Part shown: positions 40,783 to 49,613 of the stretch, piece after piece
Layout of the letters: each line of letters opens with the position of its first letter
How positions within the stretch are numbered: position 1 is the first letter of the stretch
Notes under the pieces: model-generated
Seen by the model: only the letters and a program-made list of their open reading frames with translations
What the model was told of the DNA's origin: nothing
Databases searched by the model: none
Made by a program: the position numbers and the translations under genes
Assembly: GCA_015152475.1 (NCBI GenBank)
Contig: SUTW01000006.1
Span: forward strand, 14,372 to 78,371
DNA length: 64,000 bases
Reading direction: 5' to 3'
Origin: Cyanobacteria bacterium SIG30
GTDB taxonomy: Bacteria > Cyanobacteriota > Vampirovibrionia > Gastranaerophilales > Gastranaerophilaceae

Positions 40783-42311
40783 AATAACACCCTGTTTTCC
40801 GTAATTGCGCCTTTTAGAGTAAAAGAGAAAATAGATCCTTTATCAACTTCGCTTTCTACCCAAATTCGGCCATTATGCGCTTCAACAATTTGTCTTGATA
40901 AATAAAGCCCAAGACCTGTTGAACAAGCTCTTTTTCTACTTGTACCTTGTGAAAAACGCTTAAATAATTTTTTACAATCTGAATCATCTAAACCGCAACC
41001 AAAATCTCTGACAGATAAAGTCACATCCTTGTCATCAACTCTCACAGAAACAATTATCTTAGAATTACTATTAGAATGTTTAATTGCATTTCCAATTAAA
41101 TTCATAATAACCCTTTTAATTTCACGCTTATCAGCATTAATTTCAAAAGAATTATCTTCATTAATCAAATTTAAATCGATATCAATATTGTTTTCATTAA
41201 GCAAAGGCAAAAGTTCATCTTTGCATTCTTTAACTAAAGAATTTAAACAAAACTGAGTTTTAGTCAAAAAAAGATTACCTGACTCATATCTATAAACTTC
41301 TAAAAGAGCATTAACAAGACCTAGCATATCTTGATTACTTCTTTTCATTGTATCAAGCATGACATTTTGCTTTTCGTTTAAGTCACCAAGCGTTTTATTA
41401 AGCATAAAATCTAGTCCGCTAATCGCAGCAAGAAGTGGCGTTCTAAGGTCATGAGTCAAAGTTGCAATAAAATCATTTCTTAAATTTTCATTTTCAACCT
41501 GATAACTTACATCCCTAATTGATGCAATATAGAAATTATTTTCGTCATCAAAAACAGATGAAATATTAATTTCAACAGGAATTTTCTTTTCTTTTTTGAA
41601 ATTAACAATAGAAAAATCTCTTAAATAAATTGTGTTTCTTTCTCTTAAAGAATCTTGAAATTTTTGATTTTTTTCATTTATAACCATTTCAAAAAAATTC
41701 TTTAACAAAATATCTTCATCATTCATGCCAAACATATTTTTTAAGGCATTATTTACAAGCAAAATCTCATAATTAACATCAAAAATAGCAATTCCGTCAG
41801 CACAATCCTCAATAATTGTTCTTAATTTAACATTGGTTTGATGAAGTTCTTTTGTTCTTTCTTTAACAGTTTCTTCTAATGATTCATTTAATTCTTCAAG
41901 CTCTCTGATTTTTTGTGCAACTTGTTCTTTTAAGTGTGCTCTTTCAAGACCATTTTTTATATTAATAACAAGTTCACTATTATCCCAAGGCTTTTCAATA
42001 TACTTGTATATTCCTAACTCATTAATGGCCTTAATTGCATTTTCTTTATCTGCATAGCCTGTTAAAATAATCTGAGTAGCATTTGGTGCTACCTCTTTTG
42101 CTTTTGATAAAAATTCTAAACCATTCATCTCTGGCATGATAAAATCTGACAAAATTAATGAAGTCTCATTTTTTGCCAAAAAATCCAAGGCATCTTCAGG
42201 ATTATCAAAACAATGCACATCTGAAAAACCCTCAAGATTCAAAAGCATCTTGAGTGTCTTAAGAACCATAGGCTCATCATCGACTATAACCATTCTATTA
42301 AATGTGCTCAT
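40779..42311 (-). CDS. Hybrid sensor histidine kinase (REC - coiled coil - PAS - HisKA - HATPase)
   Basis: N-terminal receiver (VIVDDEPMVL...LILSDFIMPEMNG), H-box FIATLTHDLRTPL, N-box NLIGNAIKH, G-boxes RDFGCGL and GLGLYLS. Confidence 0.9.
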   Translation of the reverse strand: MSTFNRMVIVDDEPMVLKTLKMLLNLEGFSDVHCFDNPEDALDFLAKNETSLILSDFIMPEMNGLEFLSKAKEVAPNATQIILTGYADKENAIKAINELGIYKYIEKPWDNSELVINIKNGLERAHLKEQVAQKIRELEELNESLEETVKERTKELHQTNVKLRTIIEDCADGIAIFDVNYEILLVNNALKNMFGMNDEDILLKNFFEMVINEKNQKFQDSLRERNTIYLRDFSIVNFKKEKKIPVEINISSVFDDENNFYIASIRDVSYQVENENLRNDFIATLTHDLRTPLLAAISGLDFMLNKTLGDLNEKQNVMLDTMKRSNQDMLGLVNALLEVYRYESGNLFLTKTQFCLNSLVKECKDELLPLLNENNIDIDLNLINEDNSFEINADKREIKRVIMNLIGNAIKHSNSNSKIIVSVRVDDKDVTLSVRDFGCGLDDSDCKKLFKRFSQGTSRKRACSTGLGLYLSRQIVEAHNGRIWVESEVDKGSIFSFTLKGAITENRVLL

Positions 42312-42481
42312 AATAAGAGAATATCTTATTTTTGGAATGATGACAAATAAATTAAAAATACGTCACATTTGTTAATATTTGGCTATTTTTTGTAAATAAA
42401 AATAATTTACAAGTTTAGTAAACATGTTAACAACTAGTTGTATTTCATGAATGATGTGAAATAATAGCCTTAAGGAATTCG

Positions 42482-44779
42482 GTGAAAATAGATTTTAAAC
42501 AGGTTAATAGTAATTTAACAAAAACACCAATAACAAGAAGGTGCGAAGGGCAAAGTATCCCTAAAATTACTAAGAACTTGAATTTTACGGGTTTAGAAAA
42601 AATACTTAACAGCAAAACAATTGTTAGAGTGAGTGACACTTTTACAAAAGCCCTTGATGGTCGCTTCCCAAAAATGTTAAGTGAATTTGACGAGCTTACA
42701 AAAGGTTTAAATTTTAGTCAAACAATTACACAAAGTAGAATTACACAGAAAGCTTCAAATGGGCTAGGACAAAATGTAATTGAATTTAGTCAGAGAAACA
42801 TTCTAGGCAAAATTGTTGATAATTTTACTTATTTTCTGAAAGGTTTCTGGCTTGACACAGCAAATGCTGGTTTAGGTGCACTAAAAAAAGTCAAAGGTCT
42901 TAAAAATAGTAATTTTTTGAATAAACTATACAATTCAAAAATACTAACAAATCAAAGAAAAAATAAAGAAGCAACAAACTTATTTTACTCTATCGTTGGT
43001 ATGGCAAAAAAAGGTGCCGAGCTTGATATTGGTTTAAGACAAATAACGTCTGATGTAAAAGTTGCAAATTACAATACATCACTGGCTGATTTTATAGGCG
43101 ACAACCTCAAAAAACCAATGGGTGCATATTCAGCAAAAAGTGAAAGAGCACTAAATAGACTTGCAACAGGAGCTGTTTCGGCGACATTTGTTGGAAAAGA
43201 TTTTTACAATCTTACAATGTATCAAACAAACAACAAAGAAGAAGCTAAAAAAAGTGAAAGAAAACGTTTCAAACAAGAAATAACAAGAATTGCAACAAGT
43301 GCATTTATAAGTTTTAGTGTACTTGGCATATTTTCAAAATGGACAAATAAATCAATGCTTGCGGCAGCTGGTGTTAGCGCTGGCGCTACTTTATTTTCTG
43401 AAGTATTTTCGCGTCTAAAAAATGGTACTCCACTGACCCCGCTCACACCAAATCAAGCAAAAAAAATTCACGATGAAAGACAATTCAAGGGTAAAAATAA
43501 AAAAGATAACAAAAGCAATAATATTGCAAACAACAACAATTATTCAAACGTATATTTGCCAAATGAAATAAAAACCGTTGATGATTACATACAAAGTTTA
43601 AAAACTGGAGCAAAAATTCCATTCTTTATGGCAAATAAAAATATCAGTTTCGAAAATAATCAAAATAATTCACAAATTAAAAACCAAACAAACACTAATG
43701 TACAAAATCCAATAACAAATAAACAAAATAATGAAGCACAAAACAAAAATAATAAATCAATATTAGTCAAAGCAGGAAAAATCTTAGGCGGACTTTTATT
43801 ATTTGGTTTTGCCTGGGATAAAGCTATAAAACACATAGTTGAACCGTTCATTAAAGACTATGGTGACAAAATAAATATCAATAAACTTAAAAAAATTGGA
43901 AATAAGCTAACCAAAAAAGATATCATTGTTACACCAAGTAAAATGGAGGCAACTCTAAAAGCAGTCAAAGAAAGTGGCTACGGAGAACTTGAAAAAACAT
44001 TCAGAAGCAATTTAAATTCATTCAGACAAGGAAAATATTATATTTTAGGCCAAAAAGACACAATACTTGGCATGTTTTTGGCAATGCCTAAAAAAATAAT
44101 AGATTTAGCAAAAGCACCATATAGCGCACTTTGTAATTTAATAAAATATAAACCTGCATGGCACAAAGAAAATCCAAAAAGCGAAATTGGTGAAATTAAA
44201 AATGCTTTGTCAGTTTTATGCAGAGAAGTTACGGGTAAAAATTTAAGTGAAAAAGAAGCAGGAAAACTTGTTCAAAAACGCATAGATTCACTATTTAATG
44301 ATGAAACTATGATTAAATATAAACAATCAAGTTTTGCCATGACAAGCAGAACCCTTGTAACACTTATTGCAAGCTATTTCTTTGTAAATGATTTTAGAAA
44401 CCAAGTCTTAATTGATTCAGCAGGAAAAGATGTTAAAAGAGCAAAAGAAGTAACCAATGAACGTATTGGGCACAAATTGACAAACTTTGTTACAAATGCA
44501 TTCTGGATGAATTTATTTAATACAACATTTGCAAACTCAATTATGAAGAGTCTATTTGCAGCAACACTTGTTCCTGCTGTAACCGAAGTATGCAACGAAA
44601 CATCAATCAGATATTCAATTGGTGTACCTCAAAAGCGCATGGAAAGTAAAGAAGATATCCAAAAATTTGAAGAAAAGAATTACAATAATAAAGGGCTTTA
44701 TGGCAAGTGGATTAGGCTTGTAAGTAAAGCTACAGGTAAAAAACCAATAAGTGAAAAAGCAAAAAGTAGCAAAAAATAA
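42482..44779 (+). CDS. Large hypothetical membrane protein (765 aa) with an Asn-rich low-complexity linker
   Basis: GTG start with AAGGA upstream. Hydrophobic segments (ITRIATSAFISFSVLGIF, AAAGVSAGATLF, ILGGLLLFGFAW, TLVTLIASYFFV, LFAATLVPAV) and an N/Q-rich stretch in the central linker. No recognised family. Confidence 0.65.
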   Translation: MKIDFKQVNSNLTKTPITRRCEGQSIPKITKNLNFTGLEKILNSKTIVRVSDTFTKALDGRFPKMLSEFDELTKGLNFSQTITQSRITQKASNGLGQNVIEFSQRNILGKIVDNFTYFLKGFWLDTANAGLGALKKVKGLKNSNFLNKLYNSKILTNQRKNKEATNLFYSIVGMAKKGAELDIGLRQITSDVKVANYNTSLADFIGDNLKKPMGAYSAKSERALNRLATGAVSATFVGKDFYNLTMYQTNNKEEAKKSERKRFKQEITRIATSAFISFSVLGIFSKWTNKSMLAAAGVSAGATLFSEVFSRLKNGTPLTPLTPNQAKKIHDERQFKGKNKKDNKSNNIANNNNYSNVYLPNEIKTVDDYIQSLKTGAKIPFFMANKNISFENNQNNSQIKNQTNTNVQNPITNKQNNEAQNKNNKSILVKAGKILGGLLLFGFAWDKAIKHIVEPFIKDYGDKININKLKKIGNKLTKKDIIVTPSKMEATLKAVKESGYGELEKTFRSNLNSFRQGKYYILGQKDTILGMFLAMPKKIIDLAKAPYSALCNLIKYKPAWHKENPKSEIGEIKNALSVLCREVTGKNLSEKEAGKLVQKRIDSLFNDETMIKYKQSSFAMTSRTLVTLIASYFFVNDFRNQVLIDSAGKDVKRAKEVTNERIGHKLTNFVTNAFWMNLFNTTFANSIMKSLFAATLVPAVTEVCNETSIRYSIGVPQKRMESKEDIQKFEEKNYNNKGLYGKWIRLVSKATGKKPISEKAKSSKK

Positions 44780-44812
44780 TTAAACGAGTATTTATGCTAT
44801 AATTTTCTCACT

Positions 44813-47029
44813 ATGGAAAATTATTTAGAAAATTTATTATTTAATTCGGTTGAGAAAAATACTCCCGAAAACATCAAAAAAGACAGTGTTTTTGACTATA
44901 AAAGCGAAGAAGAATTCACCTTTACTTTAACAAAAGAAATTGTAGAAAAATTAGATTTAAAATCATGGTTTAATGCATATAAAAAAGAGGCTATGGTTTC
45001 AACTGCGGGCATAAGAGGACCACAAAATGTGTTATATCCGCATGACACAAGGTTCCCAATTAATACAATTGGCGTAACGCTTGCAACACTTGGAAAGGCA
45101 TTAGCCTTAAAAGAAAAATACAAAAACAAAAATCTTGTAAAATTGTGCGGATGCGAAGTTAGATATAACAGCAAAATTTATATGGACATAATTTCAAGAA
45201 TACAAGCATCTCAAGGCATTACAACAATAATTCCACAAGATAAAGAAACTATGCCAATATGGCTTGCATCGTTTTTGGCTTTCAAATTAGATCTTGTTGG
45301 CGCAGAATACATTACAAGTTCGCATGGGATAAGCGTCAAAAATGCAACAAAAGACCTAAATGAACAAGGTTCACAGTTTTTACCTGACGAAAGCATGGAA
45401 TTTGTAAATCAGATTGAAAATATTTTAAACACAGTTGAAAAAGAAGGAAAATATGAAATTAAATTTTCATCTCTAAAAGATGAAAAAATTAATCAAAATG
45501 TTTTAACTCGTCTAAACAAAGGAATTGACCTATACATAGAATATTTAAATGAAGGTGTTGCAAAAGACCTAACTGCAATTAAAAATTTTGATAAAAAAAT
45601 TATAATTGACAATGTTGGTGGTTGCGCTTATAAAACAACAAACAAAATTCTTGAAAAATTAAATATTTCAGAAAAATTTGACTGGATAAATATTAAAGAA
45701 GACCCATTTTTCCATTCAATTGGTAAATGCGCAAAAAAAGATAAAAATAATGAAGAATTTTTATACGACTGGTCACTCGATATTACTGTTCTTGCAAAAA
45801 AAGAAAATGGTGAAAATTATTTCCCTGTAATTGAATCAATGAACTACAAAGAAAAATTAAAAAATTATCCAACAGGAACAGTTTCATTGGTTACGGATCC
45901 AGACCACGACAGATTAAGTATTGTTCAAAAAGACAGCATAAAAAATCTTGAAAAAATCAAAAAAGCTGGTGTTGATTATATAAGACTTGATAATGATTCA
46001 ATTCTATCAATTTTTAGTGCTAACCAAGCATTCCTGATGATTATGGATTACTGGGCACAAAAAACATTGAAAGACAACAACCACAAAATGTTTATTGTTA
46101 AAACAACGGCAAGTTCTAAAAGTTGGGATGAATGGGCAAGAAATAACAATATTGCCTGCGTAAATACACCTGTTGGCTTTAAGGAAATTGCAAATGTTTG
46201 CAAAAAAATTGAAGCACAAATAAATAATAATGTTAAAAATATTGTTGTAGAAGATGTTTTTGGCAATAAAATTGAATTAGGTGACTCACCAAGATTATTA
46301 TTTGCAGGCGAAGAATCTGGTGGTATGATTGTTGGTGCAATAAACCCAATTAAATCACATATGGGCAGAATGGCACTTGCAATGCGTGAAAAAAGTGCAT
46401 CAGAAGCAATAATTTTAGCATCAGATTTAATTGCAAGCCTAAAAGATAAAACACTGGCTGAACATTTAATAAATGTATATGAAAAAAACAATATTATTGC
46501 GCGTTTCGACACAAGACAAGACATAAGTTATTACAACGAAAGCGAAATGAATATTGAAAAATTAAAATTACAAAAAACAGAAGGCGAAATTAAACGCACA
46601 AAAAATGACGTTTATTATCTTGCACTTGCAATAGCAATTATTCAAAATAAAATTACGCTTGAAAATGCAAAAGAAATACTATCTTCGACATTTGAAGAAC
46701 TGGATTTCAGCAATTTAAATGAAATAAAATTCGCAGGTGACGGAACTTATTTAAATTTTGATAATAAATTTGTCGAAATAAGACCATCTGGAACGGATGC
46801 AAAAACAAAAGCTTATGCAGGTGGTTCAAACCGCGATGAATTAATTAAATATGCAAGCATTTTAGGTAATTGGGAAGGAAACAGAAACGACACTTATAAA
46901 AAATATTTAGATGATGAATATTGCAGTAAAGTAAAAGATTTATCATTAAAAATATATGAAGAATACACAAAAAGTGGCGCTTCAAATGAAAAATTCAACC
47001 CAGCGGATTTCGACTGGCTATTAAAATAA
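44813..47029 (+). CDS. Alpha-D-phosphohexomutase superfamily protein (PGM/PMM-like), unusually long and divergent
   Basis: The four family motifs appear in order: Ser loop ITSSHG, metal loop VTDPDHDRL, sugar loop FAGEESGGMIVG, phosphate loop IRPSGTDAKTKAYAGG. 738 aa. Confidence 0.7.
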   Translation: MENYLENLLFNSVEKNTPENIKKDSVFDYKSEEEFTFTLTKEIVEKLDLKSWFNAYKKEAMVSTAGIRGPQNVLYPHDTRFPINTIGVTLATLGKALALKEKYKNKNLVKLCGCEVRYNSKIYMDIISRIQASQGITTIIPQDKETMPIWLASFLAFKLDLVGAEYITSSHGISVKNATKDLNEQGSQFLPDESMEFVNQIENILNTVEKEGKYEIKFSSLKDEKINQNVLTRLNKGIDLYIEYLNEGVAKDLTAIKNFDKKIIIDNVGGCAYKTTNKILEKLNISEKFDWINIKEDPFFHSIGKCAKKDKNNEEFLYDWSLDITVLAKKENGENYFPVIESMNYKEKLKNYPTGTVSLVTDPDHDRLSIVQKDSIKNLEKIKKAGVDYIRLDNDSILSIFSANQAFLMIMDYWAQKTLKDNNHKMFIVKTTASSKSWDEWARNNNIACVNTPVGFKEIANVCKKIEAQINNNVKNIVVEDVFGNKIELGDSPRLLFAGEESGGMIVGAINPIKSHMGRMALAMREKSASEAIILASDLIASLKDKTLAEHLINVYEKNNIIARFDTRQDISYYNESEMNIEKLKLQKTEGEIKRTKNDVYYLALAIAIIQNKITLENAKEILSSTFEELDFSNLNEIKFAGDGTYLNFDNKFVEIRPSGTDAKTKAYAGGSNRDELIKYASILGNWEGNRNDTYKKYLDDEYCSKVKDLSLKIYEEYTKSGASNEKFNPADFDWLLK

Positions 47030-47094
47030 ATTACCTATTTGTTTATATAAAAAGGTTTATAGGAAAAATACTTAAATGATTATATTTTTTAAGT

Positions 47095-47682
47095 ATGACT
47101 TTAGACTATAAAAAAAGCTCTCTAACAAAAATAATCAAAAAAATTAAAGAAAACGACCGCCAGGCCTTAAAAGAATTAATTAAAAGAGAGCAGACAAACA
47201 TATATGCAACACTAAGATATCTAGGGGTAAATCAAGACGAAATATTAGATTTAGTTCAAGATATCTTACTTAAAATTACAAATAATATTCAAAATTTAAA
47301 AAATATTGCAACATACAAATCATGGTCAAATAAAATAATTTTAAGACAATTTTATGATTATTTAAGAAAAAACAAAAAAATAAAAGATAACATAAAAATC
47401 ATAAAAGATGAAGAAGAAAATACAAAGAAAAAAGAAGAAATCCCCGACCACAGTTCAAACCCAATAAAAAATATTTTATCAAACGAACTTGATGAAATAA
47501 TAAAAAACGCAATAAATAATCTGCCTAATCAATATAAAATCGCAATTGTAATGAGAGAATTACAAGGATTAACATATGACCAAATTGCAAAAGCAACAAA
47601 AACAAATGTTGGCACAGTTAAATCCAGAATCGCAAGAGCAAGAGAAAAATTGCAAGAAGAAATAAAACATTACATACATTAA
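47095..47682 (+). CDS. ECF-type sigma-70 family sigma factor
   Basis: Region 2 (DEILDLVQDILLKI...YKSW) and region 4 (IAIVMRELQGLTYDQIAKATKTNVGTVKSRIARAREKL). Confidence 0.85.
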   Translation: MTLDYKKSSLTKIIKKIKENDRQALKELIKREQTNIYATLRYLGVNQDEILDLVQDILLKITNNIQNLKNIATYKSWSNKIILRQFYDYLRKNKKIKDNIKIIKDEEENTKKKEEIPDHSSNPIKNILSNELDEIIKNAINNLPNQYKIAIVMRELQGLTYDQIAKATKTNVGTVKSRIARAREKLQEEIKHYIH

Positions 47683-47696
47683 ATAAGGTAAACTAT

Positions 47697-47960
47697 ATGA
47701 AAAATATAATTACTAACGAAGATATATCTAGTTGTATAGATAACGAAATAGATTATAAAAAATTAAATATGTTAAAAATCGAAATAAAAAATAATGTCAA
47801 AATGATGCAAAAATTAAGAAAATTCAAAAGAATTTCATCAATAATTCAAAACAACATGACAAGATATAGAAATAACCTAGAATTAAACTTAAGCGAAAAA
47901 ATATTAAAAAAATCTAATTTTCTTCTTCGCTCAAAATCCCATTTTCTTTTAAATAAGTAA
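47697..47960 (+). CDS. Possible anti-sigma factor (87 aa)
   Basis: Call rests on position immediately after the ECF sigma gene and an RseA-like N-terminal pattern (ISSCIDNEIDY). No TM segment. The 3' end overlaps the convergent gene by 47 nt. Confidence 0.35.
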   Translation: MKNIITNEDISSCIDNEIDYKKLNMLKIEIKNNVKMMQKLRKFKRISSIIQNNMTRYRNNLELNLSEKILKKSNFLLRSKSHFLLNK

Positions 47961-48240
47961 TGAAATTTGTTGCAGCTTGCTTTTGGATATCCTGAGGAAT
48001 AACTCTTAAAAGCTCAACTGTTTTTGAAATAATAGGGTCAGTATCATACCATCTGTTGCCTTTGAAAGGCTTAACCATTTCGTAAAATCTGTCAACAGCT
48101 TCTTTGGTAACTTTTTCTTCTACCTTTTGCAAAAAAATTTCAGCCTGAGAACGAAGTTCATTTTGATAATTTCTAAGTAAATCAATAACTTCGATTAATG
48201 AAGGATCATAATCATACCATCTTTTATATTTTTGCGTCAT
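47914..48240 (-). CDS. Small protein with internal tandem duplication (2 x RWYDxDP...LLR module), unknown family
   Basis: The ATG at 48240 has AGGAG 5 nt upstream. The two repeats are KRWYDYDPSLIEVIDLLRNY...Q and NRWYDTDPIISKTVELLRVI...Q. The start lies 17 nt inside the 3' end of murA. Confidence 0.6.
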   Translation of the reverse strand: MTQKYKRWYDYDPSLIEVIDLLRNYQNELRSQAEIFLQKVEEKVTKEAVDRFYEMVKPFKGNRWYDTDPIISKTVELLRVIPQDIQKQAATNFITYLKENGILSEEEN

Positions 48241-49537
48241 GAAGGCTCCTGTCAAATTCTTTTACACGTTCTATTTTAGCACCTAACCCCTTGAGTTTGT
48301 CAACAAATTTTTCATAACCTCTGTCAATATGATGAAGTGCATTAACTTCACTTTCACCAATTGCCATAAGTCCTGCAACAACAAGTGCGGCACCAGCCCT
48401 TAAATCTGTCGAACTTACTTGTGTTCCAACAAGATTTTCAACACCTTTAATAATTGCATGGTTTTTATCTTGTTTTATATTTGCACCCATTTTCCAAAGT
48501 TCATTAATGTGCATAAAACGATTTTCATATAAACTTTCAGTCACAACACTAACACCATTTGCGGTCGACAATAAAACCATAGCCAAAGCCTGCAAATCAG
48601 TTGGAAACCCTGGATAAGGTTGAGTTATAAAATTCTCAGCATTTAAACGCCCTTGTGCACTAACCTCGATTGTATTTGGCTCAAGAATTTTTATTTTTGT
48701 ACCCATTTCAAGAAGTTTACCAGTAAAAATAGTTAAATGATTTGGGAAAATATTTTTTATAATACCTTTACCTCTTGTTGCAATAATGGCACTCATATAA
48801 GTACCAGCCTCAATTCTATCGGGAATAGTTGTATAATGGGCTCCGTGCAACTGCTCCTGCTTAACACCCGTAACAGTAATTTGATTTGTTCCGGCACCTT
48901 GGATATCTGCGCCCATTGCCTTTAAAAAATTAGCCAAATCAACAATTTCAGGTTCCTGAGCACAATTTTGAATATGGGTAACACCTTCTGCCAAAACAGC
49001 AGCAAGCATAATGTTTTCGGTTGCACCAACAGAGGGAATATCAAGGCAAATATCAGCACCAACTAATTTTTTAGCCTTTGCATGTACATAACCATCAACA
49101 ATTTTGCATTCTCCGCCCAAAGCTTCAATTCCTTTAAGGTGAAAATTAACTCTTCTTGCACCAATTGCGCAACCACCAGGAAGTGCAACAACCGCCTCTT
49201 TTTCGCGACCGATTAAAGAACCCAAAACAACAAAAGAGGCTCTCATTTTGCTTACAAGTTCATCTGGCGCTACAACACTTGTTAAATTGGTTGCGTCAAT
49301 AGTTACAATTTTTTCATCTTTATTATAATCAGTTTTTGCACCAAGTTCATTTAAAACATCAAGCATAATCTGAACATCGGTAAGTTCTGGAACATTACAA
49401 ATAACACTAACATCCTTAGCAAGCAAAGCTGCCGCCATATGCTTTAAAACAGCATTTTTAGCGCCCGCAATAGAAACTTCACCTCTAAGTGGAGTCTGCC
49501 CTACAATAACTAATTTTTCAGATGAGTTTATAGACAC
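48224..49537 (-). CDS. murA: UDP-N-acetylglucosamine 1-carboxyvinyltransferase
   Basis: ISGAKNAVLKHMAAALL, the PGGCAIGARRVNFH active-site Cys loop, FPTDLQA, RGYE. Confidence 0.96.
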   Translation of the reverse strand: MSINSSEKLVIVGQTPLRGEVSIAGAKNAVLKHMAAALLAKDVSVICNVPELTDVQIMLDVLNELGAKTDYNKDEKIVTIDATNLTSVVAPDELVSKMRASFVVLGSLIGREKEAVVALPGGCAIGARRVNFHLKGIEALGGECKIVDGYVHAKAKKLVGADICLDIPSVGATENIMLAAVLAEGVTHIQNCAQEPEIVDLANFLKAMGADIQGAGTNQITVTGVKQEQLHGAHYTTIPDRIEAGTYMSAIIATRGKGIIKNIFPNHLTIFTGKLLEMGTKIKILEPNTIEVSAQGRLNAENFITQPYPGFPTDLQALAMVLLSTANGVSVVTESLYENRFMHINELWKMGANIKQDKNHAIIKGVENLVGTQVSSTDLRAGAALVVAGLMAIGESEVNALHHIDRGYEKFVDKLKGLGAKIERVKEFDRSLHDAKI

Positions 49538-49613
49538 AATTAATATCCTTAATAGTCAAATAATACAATAAAAATGACCTATTGGCAAAAAATAAAGAAA
49601 ACTTAATATATAA

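Noticed and set aside
43480-43760. A/AT-rich repetitive-looking stretch within the 765-aa gene, considered as a possible tandem repeat or CRISPR-like array
   Set aside because: It stays in frame and encodes Asn/Gln/Lys low-complexity protein sequence. It has no regular repeat-spacer periodicity.
46048-46524. 158-aa antisense ORF within the phosphohexomutase-like gene, and the 189-aa antisense ORF at 63401-63970 opposite tyrS/cysK
   Set aside because: Both are embedded opposite genes with clear family motifs and have no recognisable features of their own.
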